A stretch of 64,000 nucleotides of DNA. Source: Abiotrophia defectiva. Its GTDB lineage: Bacteria > Bacillota > Bacilli > Lactobacillales > Aerococcaceae. The stretch is taken from contig CAUUNL010000001.1 of assembly GCA_963546405.1 (NCBI GenBank), positions 19,261-83,260 of the forward strand, in the 5' to 3' direction. Position 1 is the first letter of the stretch; each line of letters starts with the position of its first letter. Below the pieces are notes generated by a model. The model was given only the letters and a program-made list of their open reading frames with translations. It ran no database searches and had not been told where the DNA came from. The translations under genes were made by a program, and so were the position numbers. Below, in pieces: positions 62,124 through 64,000 of the stretch.

Positions 62124-64000
62124 ATGCCAAAACGTCAAGATATTCAAACCATTCTGGTCATTGGGTCGGGTCCCATTACAATTGGGCAAGCAGCTGAATT
62201 CGATTATGCCGGGACTCAAGCCTGCCTTTCGCTGAAGGAAGAGGGCTACCAAGTCATTCTAGTTAACTCCAATCCGGCCACTATTATGACCGATCGTCAG
62301 ATTGCTGATAAGGTTTATATGGAACCCCTAACCCTTGAATTCGTCAGCAAAATCATCCGTAAGGAACGACCTGATGCCTTGTTGCCAACCCTTGGTGGCC
62401 AGGTAGGGCTCAACTTAGCTGTTCAACTTCATCGTCAGGGAGTCTTGGACCAATACGGTGTCGAATTACTAGGCACCAAACTAGCCTCCATTGAGCAAGC
62501 AGAAGACCGCCAACTCTTCCGTCAGCTCATGCAGGAATTAGGTGAGCCTGTACCTGAATCTGAAATTGTGACCAACTTAGATCAAGCTCGAGATTTTGTG
62601 GCGCAAATTGGCTATCCAGTGATTGTCCGTCCCGCCTTTACCATGGGGGGGACTGGTGGCGGTATTTGTTATAACGACCAGGATTTAGATGAAATTGTCT
62701 CTTCAGGTCTCCATTATTCGCCCGTGACCCAATGTTTGCTAGAAAAATCCATCGCAGGTTACAAGGAAATCGAGTATGAAGTCATGCGTGATGCCAATGA
62801 TACTGCCATTGTCGTCTGCAACATGGAAAACATTGATCCTGTAGGCATTCATACCGGGGATTCAGTCGTGGTGGCCCCATCCCAAACTCTGACTGACCGC
62901 GAGTATCACATGTTGCGCGATGTGTCCCTTAAGATTATTCGCGCCCTCAAGATAGAAGGGGGCTGTAATGTCCAATTAGCCTTGGACCCAGATTCCTTTA
63001 ACTACTATATCATTGAAGTGAACCCACGTGTGTCTCGGTCCTCGGCCTTAGCATCTAAGGCAACGGGCTATCCAATTGCTAAGATTGCCGCTAAAATTGC
63101 GGTCGGCTTAACCTTGGATGAAATCCTCAATCCGGTCACCCAAAATTCTTATGCCTGCTTTGAGCCTAGTCTGGACTATGTGGTCAGCAAGATTCCACGT
63201 TTCCCTTTTGATAAATTCGAACGTGCCGACCGAAAGTTAGGCACTCAAATGAAGGCAACCGGTGAGGTTATGGCCATGGGGCGGACCTATGAGGAATCCT
63301 TGCTTAAGGCCATCCGCTCGCTAGAATATGGCGTCCACCACTTGGGCCTGCCTAATGGTGATAGCTTTAGTTTGGAAGAAATCATGGAAAAGGTCCAAGC
63401 TGCTAGCGATGAACGCCTCTTCTTCATAGGTGAAGCTCTGAGACGGGGCGTTAGTGTTGATCAGATTCATGACATGACTAAAATTGACCGCTTCTTCCTA
63501 GATAAGATGCAGCATATTATTGATTTAGAACATGAACTCAAGTCTCATCCGCAGGACCTCAATCTCTTAGCTTATGCCAAGCGTTACGGTTTCTCTGACA
63601 AAATCATTGCCCACCGTTGGCAAACCACTGAAGCGGCAGTCTATCAGCTTCGTCAAGAGGCTGGTATCACGCCTGTCTTCAAGATGGTGGATACCTGTGC
63701 GGCAGAATTCGAGTCTTCAACCCCTTATTTCTATTCCAGTTATGAGGCAGAGAATGAATCCATCGTGACGGACAAACCTAAAATCGTGGTGCTGGGTTCT
63801 GGCCCAATCCGTATCGGTCAAGGGGTGGAATTTGATTACGCGACTGTTCATGCCGTTCTGGCCATTAAGGCGGCAGGTTATGAAGCCATTATTATCAACA
63901 ACAACCCAGAAACCGTCTCAACCGACTTTACCATTTCTGATAAACTCTACTTTGAACCGCTAACCGAAGAAGATGTCATGGCTATCTTGAATCATGAGCA
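62124..64000 (+). CDS. carB: Carbamoyl-phosphate synthase large subunit, truncated by window end
   Basis: Translated by hand: [30 protein letters not shown]; second-half [16 protein letters not shown] near the end; absent from the ORF track because there is no stop in the window. Confidence 0.96.
   Translation, partial: MPKRQDIQTILVIGSGPITIGQAAEFDYAGTQACLSLKEEGYQVILVNSNPATIMTDRQIADKVYMEPLTLEFVSKIIRKERPDALLPTLGGQVGLNLAVQLHRQGVLDQYGVELLGTKLASIEQAEDRQLFRQLMQELGEPVPESEIVTNLDQARDFVAQIGYPVIVRPAFTMGGTGGGICYNDQDLDEIVSSGLHYSPVTQCLLEKSIAGYKEIEYEVMRDANDTAIVVCNMENIDPVGIHTGDSVVVAPSQTLTDREYHMLRDVSLKIIRALKIEGGCNVQLALDPDSFNYYIIEVNPRVSRSSALASKATGYPIAKIAAKIAVGLTLDEILNPVTQNSYACFEPSLDYVVSKIPRFPFDKFERADRKLGTQMKATGEVMAMGRTYEESLLKAIRSLEYGVHHLGLPNGDSFSLEEIMEKVQAASDERLFFIGEALRRGVSVDQIHDMTKIDRFFLDKMQHIIDLEHELKSHPQDLNLLAYAKRYGFSDKIIAHRWQTTEAAVYQLRQEAGITPVFKMVDTCAAEFESSTPYFYSSYEAENESIVTDKPKIVVLGSGPIRIGQGVEFDYATVHAVLAIKAAGYEAIIINNNPETVSTDFTISDKLYFEPLTEEDVMAILNHE

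Overview
Chromosomal window of a Gram-positive lactic acid bacterium. Gene content and codon style suggest Aerococcaceae, e.g. an Abiotrophia-like organism (inference, not checked). Almost all genes are on the + strand. The housekeeping backbone is ftsY, ylxM-ffh, rpsP-khpA, rimM-trmD-rplS, nth, plsC, glcK cluster, tgt-yajC, oppBCDF, pdhABCD and pyrR-pyrB-pyrC-carA-carB (carB runs off the window). Accessory blocks interrupt this backbone: (i) a DtxR/MntR regulator and a Mn ABC transporter sharing a TTAGG-N4-CCTAA operator; (ii) a complete SirTM lipoyl/ADP-ribosylation operon; (iii) a tandem array of five diverged two-TM membrane-protein paralogs between khpA and rimM; (iv) a Gram-positive Pel exopolysaccharide locus whose PelD has no GGDEF domain, followed by CotH, VTC, DUF4956 and a secreted glycoside hydrolase; (v) an AT-rich two-gene islet encoding a surface-anchored protein plus a signal-peptide protein with a C-terminal PD-(D/E)XK toxin-like nuclease and no visible immunity gene; (vi) a LexA-controlled yolD-umuC cassette. 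The best candidates for an undescribed system are (v) and (iii). A recurring AT-rich palindrome placed just after stop codons and candidate WalR-type boxes are also notable. No rRNA, tRNA, CRISPR array or transposase was seen.
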